64,000 bases of DNA from Marsupella aquatica. Its lineage: Eukaryota > Plantae > Marchantiophyta. A program made the translations under genes and the position numbers. Location: the NCBI GenBank assembly GCA_973895155.1, contig OZ316898.1:17970752-18034751 (forward strand), in the 5' to 3' direction. This document shows, in pieces, positions 1-12,200 of the stretch (positions within the stretch are counted from its first letter, which is position 1; each line of letters opens with the position of its first letter). The notes under the pieces were generated by a model, which ran no database searches, had not been told where the DNA came from, and saw nothing but the letters and a program-made list of their open reading frames with translations.

Positions 1-442
1 TACCTTTCCAAAGGTTGTTTGACCCTGAAATGTTTTAAACATTAGTTCACCTTCGTTGACAAGAGCAATTTTGAAGTTGATATAGAGGAGACCTTGGACC
101 TCCCACTTAAGTGCTCCGAAAAATGGAAAGCTCCTTCGAGAAGGCATGTGATTCTTAGTCCGCAAGTTGAGAGGTGTGTAGGAGTCCCGGTGGTTGTCAG
201 GGTACATCCTTAAGCCGCACTTTCACACTCCATCTGGCGTCAAGTCACATAGATGACACGGAAGTCTTTCCGTCCTAACTACAGCGAACTGAAGTTCAAA
301 ACTGCAAGTTGATCTGAATCTCAGGTGAATCTTGACCTAATGTGATGTTCTCCGGAGCAACGTTGAACACAGATTTATATCAGCAAGTAAAGTAGCGGAA
401 CATTGAAAGTAGAAAGAGCTGGTGGTTGGAGGCATTACTGAC

Positions 443-1055
443 CGATGGGATGCAAGGTGAGGGCCGGCCGGTTAGAAGCAGCAACGTGCCTACTGAGGAA
501 AATGATCTCCTCCACATGCTCACCTGTACCTGCTTCCCATCGCTTGTCCAGGTGGTCTTCTGTCACAAGGCGACCGTTCAGCTGCAGCAGCCTCACCCGG
601 CCAGAGACAAACGACACACTTTCCTGAACAGCCCACCCAACCCGGTCAACCGAGAGAATTGGCTCCGGATTTCCCCAAATTCAATTCAATAGCAGCAGAA
701 AGATGCAAAACCCTAACACAGACGGTATGAAACAAAGGATAAACGGCCAGCCGACCCAGAGAATTTGGCGCCGGGTGTCCCCAATTTTAATTTCAATTGC
801 ATCAGAAGCATGCGAAATCCAAACACAGTTTATATGAAGAAATGGGTACGAAAACTGCAAATAATTTGCTACAGCGAGTAAAACAGTTCGTTGGTACGAG
901 CGGTGACGCCCTTGAATTTGCAACGGAGAGACTTCAATTTTTACCGGGAGGAAAGATGGCCCAGCTGCCCAAGTGGCAGGAGAGAGGGCAAGCAGCGCTG
1001 AGGCTGGGCCAATGGATGCTGGATCAGCCGTTGTGGCCACCAGTAGAGACACCAT
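443..1055 (-). CDS. GEK1: D-aminoacyl-tRNA deacylase (archaeal-type DTD2/GEK1). Exon 1 is 1055-945 and exon 2 is 623-443; the gene probably continues left of the window.
   Basis: MVSLLVATTADPASIGPA... joins in phase 0 across a GT(944)...AG(624) intron to ESVSFVSGRVRLLQ...EDHLDKRWEAGTGEHVEEIIFLSRHVAASNRPALTLHPIG, matching the plant GEK1 N-terminus. The next donor, GTCAGT, is at 442. Confidence 0.92.
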
Positions 1056-2299
1056 CTTCAATAATATGGGAGAAACACACACAGCCAACCCACACGAGAG
1101 GTTCTCTCCCTCTGTGTGTCCGAAACCTCTCAGCGGAATCTCTGCTCAAGTTCTTCACCGGTTTATATCTGCCAGCGTAATTCTGAGCCAAAATTTCGTC
1201 TTGACCGACTCCCTAGAGAACCGTTTTCGATGAGCGATAACTTCGTTTCCGAAGACAAGGACTGATTACTTTCCGCCCTCGGCCACCTAGTTACCCGATT
1301 CGGTGCCGAATCTGTTTTTGCAACAGCAGTCGTCCCTGAGTGCAATCAGTCGTTAAACGTCGAGAAAAAGCATTTATAATTGTGGAATATTATTGCATTC
1401 GCGTTGTTGAGGTTAGCGTTGATCCAGCCACATCCCTGTCTTGGGTTGCCTATGCGTAGGTCATCTCCAGCTTTGGACCCTTGAGAGGTTGGGGATGAGT
1501 GCAAACATTCCGCACTGGACACACCCAGAGTTAGCTTCAACGACTAGATGGTATGTCTCGACTGGAACAGAGGAGTAAGAATTCTGGTCCTGACTTTCCC
1601 AATTCGTAGATCGAGGTTTTGGCTGCAGTAGGTTCGGCTCCAAGGTCAAGTCTCAGTTGCAATTTCATGTGGCCTTGTTTGGAACATGCTTTCACTTAAA
1701 ACTGATTTTCATTTCATCCTCACATGACAAAGTACGATGAATCAGGAAAGAGAAAAAAAGGAATAACGACATTTGATGCCAGCTTTTAGAAAATGTTTTC
1801 GCCTGTATGAAAAAGGCTCATGTGAGCTCTAAATCAACCCCTGCTACATCGGAGTGCCCTCGCACCAAAAGAGCTACTTAGAAAATTCACAAGATGACTC
1901 TGTTTTCTTCCTCGTTGTAACATGATGAGTTGGTTGGCCTGGGATACCTGTTGGACAAACCATCAAAATGAAACCAGAGATTTCAAAAGTCCAGATGCAC
2001 ATGTATTTGTATCATCAACTCTTACTACCTATGAGATATAAGCCATCTACTTGAAATGCGAGCTTGCCTTCCATGGAGTTTTGTGAGCCCCCCCATTGTC
2101 CAGTTTTTTCCATACAAGCCCGTTCACATGATTACGAATCTCTTCTTTCCTCATAGTGCTACAGCGGAAAACATGAAGCTCCTAAGGAGCTACAGGGGAA
2201 GACAAAAAGCTTAGGATAACTAGTTATATATTGTGAGAATTACCAGAGTGGCAATCACATTAATAGAAAAGTATGTTACAGTCTAGTGGAATTATACTC

Positions 2300-5167
2300 C
2301 TACTTGGTGGAGCTTACTTTTTTAATATCATTCTCGTCTACAACGTACACCTTCTCCGAGTCCATAATAAAATCAGTACTCGAGATCTCTCCAGCATCTT
2401 GATTCATAACTATAGTTCCCTCTTTTCCAAAATGCTTGAAAGCCAGGTTCAGAATTCCATCAACATGGGAAGGAACCCATTCTACCTTTCCAGGAGTTCG
2501 AGCACTAGCAGAAGTCCAAGGATGGTAGGGGTATATTGTGACACGCCTGCGGGTCCTCGGAGCAAGTGCATGATCGTGTTCTTTAGGTGAATGCCGACCA
2601 ATAGTTCCTTGTCGAACAGGCATCATTCTATACAGATTGGGCGAAATCTCAACATCCATGAAATTGGAGTGACTATGACCGTGATCTAGACCTAGAGCTT
2701 GTCTCAAATGCCTCTCAGCGCTGAACTGACGTTCCAATTTACTGTTCGAATGCCCTCGCCTCTTTGGGGTGCCAGGGAAAGAACGATCCGACTGTGGTGA
2801 ACACGAAAATCCCGACTGTTCATGGACCTGCAGCTCAGGAGAAGACCTATTTTCGTCGTGAAACCTATGAGAAGCTAACTCTGCAACACATTTTGCAGGA
2901 AGCAGTAATTTTGGCGTGTGGTGTTGGGCCTGTTGCAGCCCATGAATTGCTTCAGATTGTGTGCTAGCTTGATGATTTTTCTGAGCGTCGTTCAAAATTT
3001 CTGTAAGGGATGGATGATTATGGAGCATTGCTTCGTCTAAAGGGGTACGTCCCCATCTGTCCTGCGCATCGATTTCTGCACCAGCATCAATCAGCATCCT
3101 TGCCAGCCCTTCAGACCCTTCTGCAGCTGCCAAATGTAGGGCCGTACGGGAGTCATAGTCTGATGCAGAGACATTGACACCAGCGACTACGAGCCGCCGT
3201 AAAAGTTCACTGTTGCCGTCCTTGACTGCTTTACACAAGTAAGCACCTTCATCTTGCAATTGCAATTCAGCTCCCTTATCCAGAAGTGCCGACAAACAAT
3301 TGTCATGACCGCCTCTAACTGCTTCTAGAAGTGGGGAGACACCAAACTTGTCAATAGCGTTGACATCTGCACCTTCTCTAATCAAATAGAGTACAACTGC
3401 CTCAAAGCCTTTCGACGCTGCCAGATGAAGTGCCGTTCTGCCGTCATAATCAGCCCTTACTACAACTGCACCCTCTTTGACCAAGTGTTTCAGCTGTACA
3501 AGATCCCCTTGGAAAGATGCATTGTTGACCATCAGTGCCAATTCTGCTGCTTGTTTTGCTACCAAGAATGTCACCTCTGTAGCAAGCTGCCCTACTCGTG
3601 CATCCCTGTCCTTGCACTCCAAAAGATTGTTGATGACCAGCCGACCATCATTGAAGTAGATTTCAACAATATTTGTAAATGATTGCTTGTCAAGTCGCAG
3701 AACCCGGCATAGCTCCACAACACGGACAGTGAAGGGCTGTGGAATGTTACACAACACTCCCACCTCTCCAAACGCACTCTCCGCCTCCAGCTCATTGACC
3801 CTTTCCTCTTTACCATCCTCATGTACATAGATCTCCTCCAAAATACCGTGGCATATGATATAGAACTGATCGGAAGCACCTCCTTGGGAAATGACCACTT
3901 CTCCAGGTAGAAAATACTCCTCACTCACTCTACTAACAATCTCGCTTAGAAACTCAGACGAACATCCCTGGAAGACATTTACATTCTGAATTATGTGGAT
4001 GTACAACGACTCTGCAACCTTTTTGCGAATGGAGAGGGGGAGATCCTCAAGGATATCATCACCATCTCCCATTGTACCACTTTCAAACTGCAGGCGAATA
4101 TGGTTCTTCATGTGACGCCTGATGTTTCGGGGCAGCCCATTTCTGTTCATGTATTTTATCAGAGTTGTCATCTTATCCCTGAATCTTTCAGTTTTAGAAC
4201 CCTTCACTATCAACGCCGTCATATTACCAACCAGATACGCTCCCAGAATCATGTCAAAAGACACGTAGATCATGACAAAGATCATCTCTCGCGCATTGAC
4301 TGCATGTATGTCTCCATAGCCCACAGTGGCCATGGTAAGGACAGCCCAATAGAGAGAAGTGCAGTACCTCTTTCCGATATCAATTGCCCTGAAATTCGAA
4401 TATGAGAAGCTTCCTAGCGCAAGGCTCCCAATCCATGTGTATGATTCATCTGCAGCCCTGACTGTAGTTGCCAGATAGTAATAAATACAAGCAGCAGTGT
4501 GTGTACAGTAGAACTCCACAGCCAAAAGTTTGATGATTCTGGCAGCAAAATAATTGATGCGGATGTCTTTCTCTAACCTATCAAAAATTGAATCGACCTT
4601 CCTCACACGATAGAGACGAACCCATACAAGGTACCTGACCTCCTCTTTCCTTCCAAGACCCTTATAGATTGTGTCCCATGGCAATATTCCTAACAAGTCA
4701 AGAATAAAATCTGATTTGAAGTACCGGATGGCGATGCTACGGTAGTCAGCTACAAGTTCATAAGTCTCTGGATCTCTGTACGCTAAGAAAAACCTGACCA
4801 CCATATCCGCAAAAAATACCACTTGCACGGACAAATCTATTATCCACAACGTTCGTGGTAACCCACGGAAAAATCCAAACTCCAGTGGTGTGAACATGGT
4901 AGAGTAGGTAGCAAAAATAACCATTATAAGCCACCATGCTTGGTACTTTTTATCATGTGTTGTTGTGTAGAAGGACTTCCCCGTAGGTAGTAATTGACTT
5001 GAACTTCTGCTGAACCTCACTAAGCTCCTCCTGAAAGAAAGTTGTCTAACATACTTGGAAAACCTTGTCTCAACTGACGAATCCAGGGTGTCACCGTTGA
5101 GGTCTTGGACTTCATATTCGTCGTTCTCAATGTTCCTTGTTGGCATTTTCCGAAGTGACCTCGCCAT
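2300..5167 (-). CDS. SKOR: Outward-rectifying Shaker K+ channel (SKOR/GORK-like) in a single uninterrupted ORF
   Basis: Six TM segments, pore TMATVGYGD, the outward-rectifier S6 signature FDMILGAYLVGNMTALIV, a cyclic-nucleotide-binding homology domain, ankyrin repeats (DYDGRTALHLAA, DRWGRTPLDEA) and a C-terminal KHA domain (RRVTIYPYHPW). First ATG is at 5167; the ORF track starts at an upstream GTG. Confidence 0.95.
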   Translation of the reverse strand: MARSLRKMPTRNIENDEYEVQDLNGDTLDSSVETRFSKYVRQLSFRRSLVRFSRSSSQLLPTGKSFYTTTHDKKYQAWWLIMVIFATYSTMFTPLEFGFFRGLPRTLWIIDLSVQVVFFADMVVRFFLAYRDPETYELVADYRSIAIRYFKSDFILDLLGILPWDTIYKGLGRKEEVRYLVWVRLYRVRKVDSIFDRLEKDIRINYFAARIIKLLAVEFYCTHTAACIYYYLATTVRAADESYTWIGSLALGSFSYSNFRAIDIGKRYCTSLYWAVLTMATVGYGDIHAVNAREMIFVMIYVSFDMILGAYLVGNMTALIVKGSKTERFRDKMTTLIKYMNRNGLPRNIRRHMKNHIRLQFESGTMGDGDDILEDLPLSIRKKVAESLYIHIIQNVNVFQGCSSEFLSEIVSRVSEEYFLPGEVVISQGGASDQFYIICHGILEEIYVHEDGKEERVNELEAESAFGEVGVLCNIPQPFTVRVVELCRVLRLDKQSFTNIVEIYFNDGRLVINNLLECKDRDARVGQLATEVTFLVAKQAAELALMVNNASFQGDLVQLKHLVKEGAVVVRADYDGRTALHLAASKGFEAVVLYLIREGADVNAIDKFGVSPLLEAVRGGHDNCLSALLDKGAELQLQDEGAYLCKAVKDGNSELLRRLVVAGVNVSASDYDSRTALHLAAAEGSEGLARMLIDAGAEIDAQDRWGRTPLDEAMLHNHPSLTEILNDAQKNHQASTQSEAIHGLQQAQHHTPKLLLPAKCVAELASHRFHDENRSSPELQVHEQSGFSCSPQSDRSFPGTPKRRGHSNSKLERQFSAERHLRQALGLDHGHSHSNFMDVEISPNLYRMMPVRQGTIGRHSPKEHDHALAPRTRRRVTIYPYHPWTSASARTPGKVEWVPSHVDGILNLAFKHFGKEGTIVMNQDAGEISSTDFIMDSEKVYVVDENDIKKVSSTK

Positions 5168-6641
5168 CTTGTCCACGGGTAGCCCACTGAATATTGTACG
5201 TCTCGCCTCTAATCTAACGTAGGTGACGGTAAAACCGCAAAAGCAGCCCTCCTGTTGCTTCTCGTCAAGCTACATACCGTTGCTCTGGATAAGCTCATTC
5301 ATTGATTTCACTCAAAAAGTGCAGTCGGCGCAGTGATCGTCTCGTTTGCCCACATTCCTCCCCTCCTTCGCACGCTATAGACATGGACGGACGGCAGATT
5401 GGCTGGCTCTCCTCGTGGGCCGTTCGTCGTAGTACAACATTCATTCACTTCGTCCCCGTGATATTGGTGAAACTGAATTGCTGCTCCATATCTGAATGTG
5501 GCCCCGGCCTATTTCAGCTGTGAATTCCTCCTTGGAACAAACTACTGTAGCTACCAAAACTTCGGTTTCCCAATGACTTATACAGCGAAAAGGTGCTGAC
5601 GCAATCCCAATTCGCCCCCAGGCAGCAGCTGGGTTCCAATTCCTTCCTTCCCACGTCGAGCCTTCCCACTCAGGTAGGCCAAAATTGGCTCTCAACTCAC
5701 TCACCCCATCAACATCTGAGTGAATTCGAGATAGTACTACAAACTATCCAGTCTGCCGAAGATGTCCTCGATATTCAAATCAAATCGAGAAATCTTTCGA
5801 TCGATCGCGTGCCAGCATGACGAATACGTACCTTGAGCGACTGTAGCTCGAAATCCTGCTTTCTCCAGTGGAGTGAGTAAGCGCATTAGCATTCGGTTCA
5901 TGATCGACGCATTGAGACATTTCAGAAACAGCAGCAGCAGATGGGAAACGTGGACCACAACAACTAAACTTCGCGAGCTTGACGCTTAACTACTAAGGTA
6001 CTTGTACCGTGTGAAATTGGACAGACCGTCGATGGCAAACTCTCCACTGAAAGACTTCAAAGACGCAAAGTGGACAACGCACCTAGCTACAGTTGGCGCA
6101 TTAATTCACACTCGGTCCATGATCGATGCCATGAGAAATTCGATCTGCAGCAGCGGATGGGAAGCTCCAACCTCAACAATCAAAATTCGAAAGCCATGCC
6201 GTGAGAAATTCTGACGTCGAGGGAAACTCTTGCCTCACTCCAGAATCTCGAGCAATCGTGACAGCCCACCCACGGAAACTCCAGTCCCACTTCAAAACTC
6301 ACGAAATTTTGAGAACCCATCAACGGAAAATCCGGACTCTCTTCACAGCCTTGCGAAATGGCTACCAGTAATCGAGGAAATCTCAAGATTCACTTCAGAA
6401 ACTCGAGAATTCTTGACCACCCACCGTCGAGAAAAACTAGAGAGCTGCTTCCACTAGACGAGAAATTTTGACAACCCTTGGACGAAAACTCGAGACTAGC
6501 TTTTGCCCAAAAACACCGAGGGAACGGCCCTTTATTAGGCGCTCATGATCACTTCAAAAAGCGTCGAACTCACAAATTGCTTGACGGCACAAAGCGAAAG
6601 CGATTCATCGGAGGCTCCAAGCTTGTAAGCTGCTCGAACGG

Positions 6642-6648
6642 ACGTGGC
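6642..6648. promoter_or_regulatory. ABRE-like motif ACGTGGC upstream of the K+ channel gene
   Basis: Exact ACGTGGC followed about 20 bp later by CCGCGACGTC, roughly 1.5 kb upstream of the ATG. Motif match only. Confidence 0.3.
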
Positions 6649-7387
6649 AACGGATTACGGTCTATGCCCGCGACGTCGGCCCTCTTCGTCGCTCGTTTGG
6701 CGTGATTAGCTAGCGGCTAATTCGTGATTTATTTAGCATAATTCTTAACTTCTAAGGTCTATCCTTTTCGGCTACGGTGGCTAATCGTTAGTCATGGATC
6801 GTTAATTAGTTCATTACATTATTAGTGAAGTGGTGACTCTTTTTCCCCAATTTTTTTATTATTCTTCCTTGGTTTTGGGGTTACATTTCCCTCCTTTTTA
6901 GTGGTTGTCCTTGTTGGATCTATTTTGCGTTCCCTGTTTTGTTTTGTTTTGTTCTGTTTGTATAAATCATGATCATTCTTCGTTGGTGTCAAGGAGAACA
7001 TGCTCGTGTGGTTCCTTATCAGTTATTCTAAATTAATTTTTCAGCATCAGATTTCTCCAGATTTAAAAATACCCTTTAAAGTCTGGCTAACGGGTCTATG
7101 TCCAGATGTGAATTGGCTAATGGAAGAACAAAACCTACTGCATTGAAGTGTGAAGACTTGTCGGACAGGTGGAATCTTTAAAACAAATGCCAAAAAAATG
7201 CTGCTGATGGTAGGATATGTTGGTGGCCAGCACCCTAATTTTTAAGATTGTCATTTTGACCAGGGTGGCCAACGTCACCTTGTGTGACGGAGAAGACCTG
7301 GGAATATTTTCTTAAATTAAATTCTTGAGTGTTAAACTTTGCTAGATTTGAATATAACCTTCAGATTTTCACTATTGGATACCTTTA

Positions 7388-7767
7388 GGCCCAACTAGCA
7401 TGTGAGGGGCCCTTCACAATGAGGCTCAAATTAACACTTGTCATCATATTATTCACTTAGGTTTTGACTCCATAAGCCCTGTTTCAGACAGGCCTGACGG
7501 CATCTTTTGAGGAAACCCAAGCGCAAAGGCTGCAAACCTTAGAGTCCTTTCAGGTACTAACTAACCTTTGCATTAGAAATAAAATTAAAAAAGCCCCTTC
7601 ACAATGTTGCAAAGATGTCACAAACTGAGACACACACATGACACCTAACAGGAAAGAAGATTGAGTAGATATTCTTTTCTATGAAATTGTTGCTTGGTTT
7701 AGGGTCACATAATTGTCGCTCGGTTAAGAGTCACATTGTGAAAGGTTGCTCACATACAAGTTGGGCC
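7388..7767. mobile_element. Tourist-like (PIF/Harbinger) MITE
   Basis: Imperfect ~35-bp TIRs: GGCCCAACTAGCATGTGAG..TTCACAATG versus reverse complement GGCCCAACTTGTATGTGAG..TTCACAATG. TTA TSD at 7385-7387 and 7768-7770. Confidence 0.8.
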
Positions 7768-8679
7768 TTAGTCCTTGTGTGAAAGATAATTTCTCAAAAT
7801 ATTTCCATGTAGTTTTACTCAATTAATTTCTATGTGTCAGATTTCTCAAGATTTAAAGATAATAGTGATAATAGTGGGAGTATAGTGCTAATAGTGACAA
7901 TACTGGTATTTTACAACTTTAAAATTAAAAATGGGGTTATGGAAAACGCTGGCTAGATGACAAACTGGCTAATGAAAAAACATAGCCCGATAATTCTCCC
8001 CAAAATATCTATGTTTTTTCAATAGCCAGATAATTCTCCCCAAAAGTGGCGAGGACTTTTCGGCCAGGTGGAATCTATTTAATTTTCACCACCAAAATAA
8101 AACGCTTTTGGTGGTCCCTCCCCATGCTGGGGCCATGGGGGCTGATGTCCTCAGTTTATGAGGGCGGCGCCTTTGGCGGGCTGCGGGGGAATCTGCGGGT
8201 GGAACTTTGTTCGGCCCCTCTTCCAGTCTTCTTGGCTCGTTTGGTTAGTGGCCCCCCCTCTGCGTTACAAAGTCTGCAGCGGCTCCCAGTTGGGTAGTGG
8301 CAGGTCCTCCCCCCGGGGCAGACAGGGTGGCCCCTACTGTTAGGGGGGCGGCCCCTTTGGCGGGCTAGAGCAAAGCTGCGTGTGGAACCCGGCTTCTTTG
8401 TCGGGGGAACAGCTAATAATGCTAAATGTGGCGGAAGGGGGCCAAGTACTGTAGAAATGCAGAGGCAGAGACCAAGTGGCGTCCCCGACTATGAACTAAT
8501 TAGAGAAGATGCTCGTTGCAGCACTAACTTGTTCGTTGGGTCCTCTACTCCTCTCATTATTTAGAAATCGTTGTTCATGACCATGGAAAGGTTGACACGT
8601 TTCAGCCAAATTGACTGGATATCTTTTTGTTTAGAGAGAAATTGGCACGTCTTTGGAAATTTTATGATTGCCATTTCCT

Positions 8680-9360
8680 TTGTGTGTGGGGCAAGAACAT
8701 CTTCAATGCTTTAGTGGTTGGATAGTATAAGGCTATGTCACCACATCCACGAACATTGGGCCAAAAGTCTTTCAGCTTAGTGGGCTGGGATCTCCATGAT
8801 TGCCTTCACTGTGCTTGGAGCCTTGGAGTAGAGGTAAGACCAACTTCTATAATGGTAGGAGCAGCTACATGTGTTGCCTCCTCGAGATGGCATTCTGGAT
8901 AGACCGTGCGCAGACCTGGTCTTCTCTCGGGCAGGGGTCCAGGCTCTAAGCAACATGGTCATGGTGGACCCTACAAGTGGGGCCAGTGTTGCTGCAGTTG
9001 TGCATATTCAGGGCCAGGCTAGAGCGCGAGTGGCTTGGTTCAAGGAGGAGGCCTATGAAGTGCGTTCTCCTGGGGACCCATTCTAGCCGTTTGCTGTGGA
9101 GGTTTTTGGCACTGTTCACCCATCATTTGACTGGTTCTTACATACCTGTGCGGTACACTATGTCGATCGGTGATCTTATCCCCAGTGCTGGTTATCACAA
9201 CCTTTTTTCAACAGAGAGTCAGTTACTCTTCAGTGGGCTCAGGCATTTACTATTCTTTGTAGGGGTGAGGCACTTGGTTTTAGGGCTTCTAGTCACGTTC
9301 CATTGCTCGACCCTCACCCTGACTGAAGCTCTACCAGGCTCTTCAGTTCGCCGTACCTAG
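8680..9360 (+). pseudogene. 3' remnant of an RLE-type non-LTR retrotransposon (CRE/NeSL-like restriction-like endonuclease)
   Basis: Translation RPCADLVFSRAGVQALSNMVMVDP...KEEAYE...DPF*PFAVEVFG...LQWAQAFTILCRG fits the R-x-D..D..K..Y..P.a.E.fG endonuclease pattern. A decayed C/H knuckle lies just upstream; stops and frameshifts are present. Confidence 0.65.
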
Positions 9361-9678
9361 CTTATATATGTTGGCCTAGTATAATGCATAATGCTATGTG
9401 AATCAAATCCAGTAACATTGGCCAAGAAATCATGCAGCTGAGTGGGTTTTCGGTTCCACAGTGGAACTACAATAACTTTGAGAAACTAGAGTTATCTCTT
9501 GCTCAAGTGCACACTCTCGAGAAGAAGCATCATGTGTGCACTACAAATTTTGCACCACATGATCAGTGCAAACCTGTAGAATTGTGCACTTATCAACAAA
9601 AGTGAATGATTTACATGTCTTTCTTACATATGCAATTTTCCTCCATCGTTGAAGGGTTTAGGGGCTCCCACCTACTAA

Positions 9679-10064
9679 CACTGTTCACTGTAATTAGTGC
9701 GACTAACACTAATTTGAGAGCGCCCATTTTCAGGGTCTACATGCGAATAAGTGTTAGTCACGCTAATTGTGTGCTGCCTAACACTATTTTTGCGCACATG
9801 AATTAGTGTTACTTTGGTCTTAAGAGTGGCAAAATAGAGAAGAAAAAACTATTGTGAAAAATCCACAACAATTAGTGTTACTTTGGACTCATGATCATCC
9901 ATTTTTTACAAGCAATGTAAACTAAAGTGGAAAAAATTTGTTTTGAAAACCTTCAACAATTAGTGTTACTTGGGCTCAAAATCACTTTTACCAAAATTAG
10001 TGTTAGTAACACTAATTTTGTACTAATACTAATTCTTGCGTAACACTACTTACAGTGAACAATG
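9679..10064. mobile_element. MITE with CACTG-type TIRs and subterminal repeats
   Basis: CACTGTTCACTGTAATTAGTG versus reverse complement CATTGTTCACTGTAAGTAGTG; internal repeated AATTAGTGTTA motif. TSD unclear (AA on the left, TA on the right). Confidence 0.6.
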
Positions 10065-11759
10065 TAGATTGTACATCCCTACCCTAAATTTGGTCCACTA
10101 CTCCGTAAGTGCAATTTTTACTCTACTAACAAACTACATGCACTTATCACTAAGTGCAATTTGGTGGGATGTGGCACTTACCAATAAGTGTTCATGTACA
10201 TTTAGCAAGGGTTTACTCTTTTAAGAATTTTGTTAAGTGAAAAGAATTCAAGAATTTGCTCTTACTAAAATGTGTAAAAAAGGAACAATGGGATGTCTTG
10301 CAAGCAGGCAGGTTTTTGCACTTATAAACTCTGCACTTAGAGAGACTATTCAATAGGGCTTTTCCTCGGTCATTCATGGGTTGTCCAAGATCTAATGGGC
10401 TGTCCTAGATCTAATGATCAGTATCCAACTATGCCTATTTGAGGAGGTAAGAAAAATTCACTAAACATTGGACTTGCATTTAATAGCATACCATATAGTA
10501 TACTAAGAAAGGCAACTCCTTGTGATATGATCACTCCATGGACCCCCTTGTTTCTTTGCATAATTATGGTGTTTCAATTCAAGAGCTTAGTTTTAGTTTG
10601 TGAATTAATCAATGCATCCTAGGAATGGGTTTATTATGACCTGAAATTTGTTTTCTGGAGCAGCCAAACAATCTTGGATTTGGCATAAAAGATTTATATG
10701 AGGGGATGTTTTATTTTTTATTACAAAAAAGAGTGTTTGGATTTGTCGATACATGTTGCTGGAAGCCTAATTTATCTAAGTATGCCTAAGACGTCGCTCA
10801 GATGGCCTGGAACATGCGCTTCAAAGATGTGCCCCTTGTCTGTCGTGTTCTCGTCGCTGCTTGGAGCAGGGATGTTGGTGATCAGCCCTTGTTCCCTACT
10901 TTTCTACAGACGCTCGATCAGTATCTACGTCTGCAACCTGGTCATTCAAGTTGAACAACATGTCAACAAGCATCTTGTATGTGTGTCTGAGTGTAGTGAC
11001 TTCTGTGAGGTAGGCTCCATTCTTATTCTGGATATACTTGTGCGTGGCCTCCTTCTCGGTCAGCTGGGCACGGCCATGTACTTGAGGACCTCCTTCTTGG
11101 TCAGCTGGTCTTTGTCAAAAGGCACAGCCATGTATTTTGAGGACCTCCTTCTGCACGCCTGCATTGCAATGGTATATCAAGTTAGCTGGTTCTGGCTAAA
11201 TAAATGTCATGCAATGGATTGGACTGGACTTTTGAGCTTCTTACCTGTTGCCGGTCTGTCAGAGGGCCTTGAAATCGACAAAGAAGTTTTTGCAACTGTC
11301 GATCAATTGTAATAGCTAGCTCCCTCCTTTTGATGTCGCACTCCCACTCTGTGGTCTCGATGTCAAGCCCATCAGCATACTTGCTCTGTCTGGCGTGGGG
11401 CTGTGTAGCTCCGGCCTGTGGTCCCCCATAGGGATCTCCCGCATGATTAGTCATGCCAGCTCAACTGCGGTCATGGGCTATATTGAGAAAATGCCAAAAG
11501 TGTGAGTTGGTGTTAGTGTCATGTTGTGTGGTAGCATATATGTTTGTTTTATGTTAGAACAACCATACTTACATGCATGAAGTTTTTATTATTTTCTTAG
11601 ATTTTTATTCCTTAATTGATTATCGATCAAGAGAGTGCAGTGGTATTACCGTCATGATGTTAGTTGTCACAGATGGTGTAATGGTCTTTGTGTGCACTAC
11701 CTCCTGTGAATGTGCCTAGCAGGATTTTCCAGCCTTGCTCTGCTTGTTGGTTGACATCT

Positions 11760-12200
11760 GCTCCACCACGGACGGGTAAGCAAAACACTATATAGTTGGA
11801 TGGCGAGAGGTTTCCAACAATGCGCATGAATGACCTGTTCTTGACCCTACTCAGCATGACGTAGACAAGTCCCGGTGCAAATGCATTCTTTATGTCCAAT
11901 ACAACCTTGCTGGCTACTGTGCATCCGTGGCTTTTGTGACTGGTAATTGCGTAGTCCAGGGTCCAAGGGAACATGTGGATTTCCAATAGGTCTTGAGCCC
12001 TGAGAAAAATTTGTTTTTGTGGACTATGCGGTTGGTTTTAATGAGGTTGTGGTTTGAAGATAGTTGCACGGAAGTTGTCTTTTTGCCATCACCAGTGGTC
12101 GTAATGTCCTTGAGGACTCTGTCATTGTCATTCATTGCATGTTGGGTGAGGTCTATGTTGTGGGTGAGAATTGATCACCTTGCATCCAATTGCCATGCAC
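11760..12200 (-). pseudogene. PIF1-family helicase C-terminal fragment, probably derived from a mobile element
   Basis: ILTHNIDL..AMN, then after a frameshift FPWTLDYAITSHKSHGCTV...VVLDIKNAFAPGLVYVMLSRV (SF1B motifs IV-VI). Confidence 0.8.

Noticed and set aside
1-440. Third GEK1 exon
   Set aside because: No minus-strand frame matching the expected continuation (GVLHL..PPQGG.PGWA) was found; it probably lies outside the window.
10698-11312. 204-aa plus-strand ORF
   Set aside because: No motifs; the Cys/Leu/Val-rich composition is typical of an antisense shadow of the decayed minus-strand frame.
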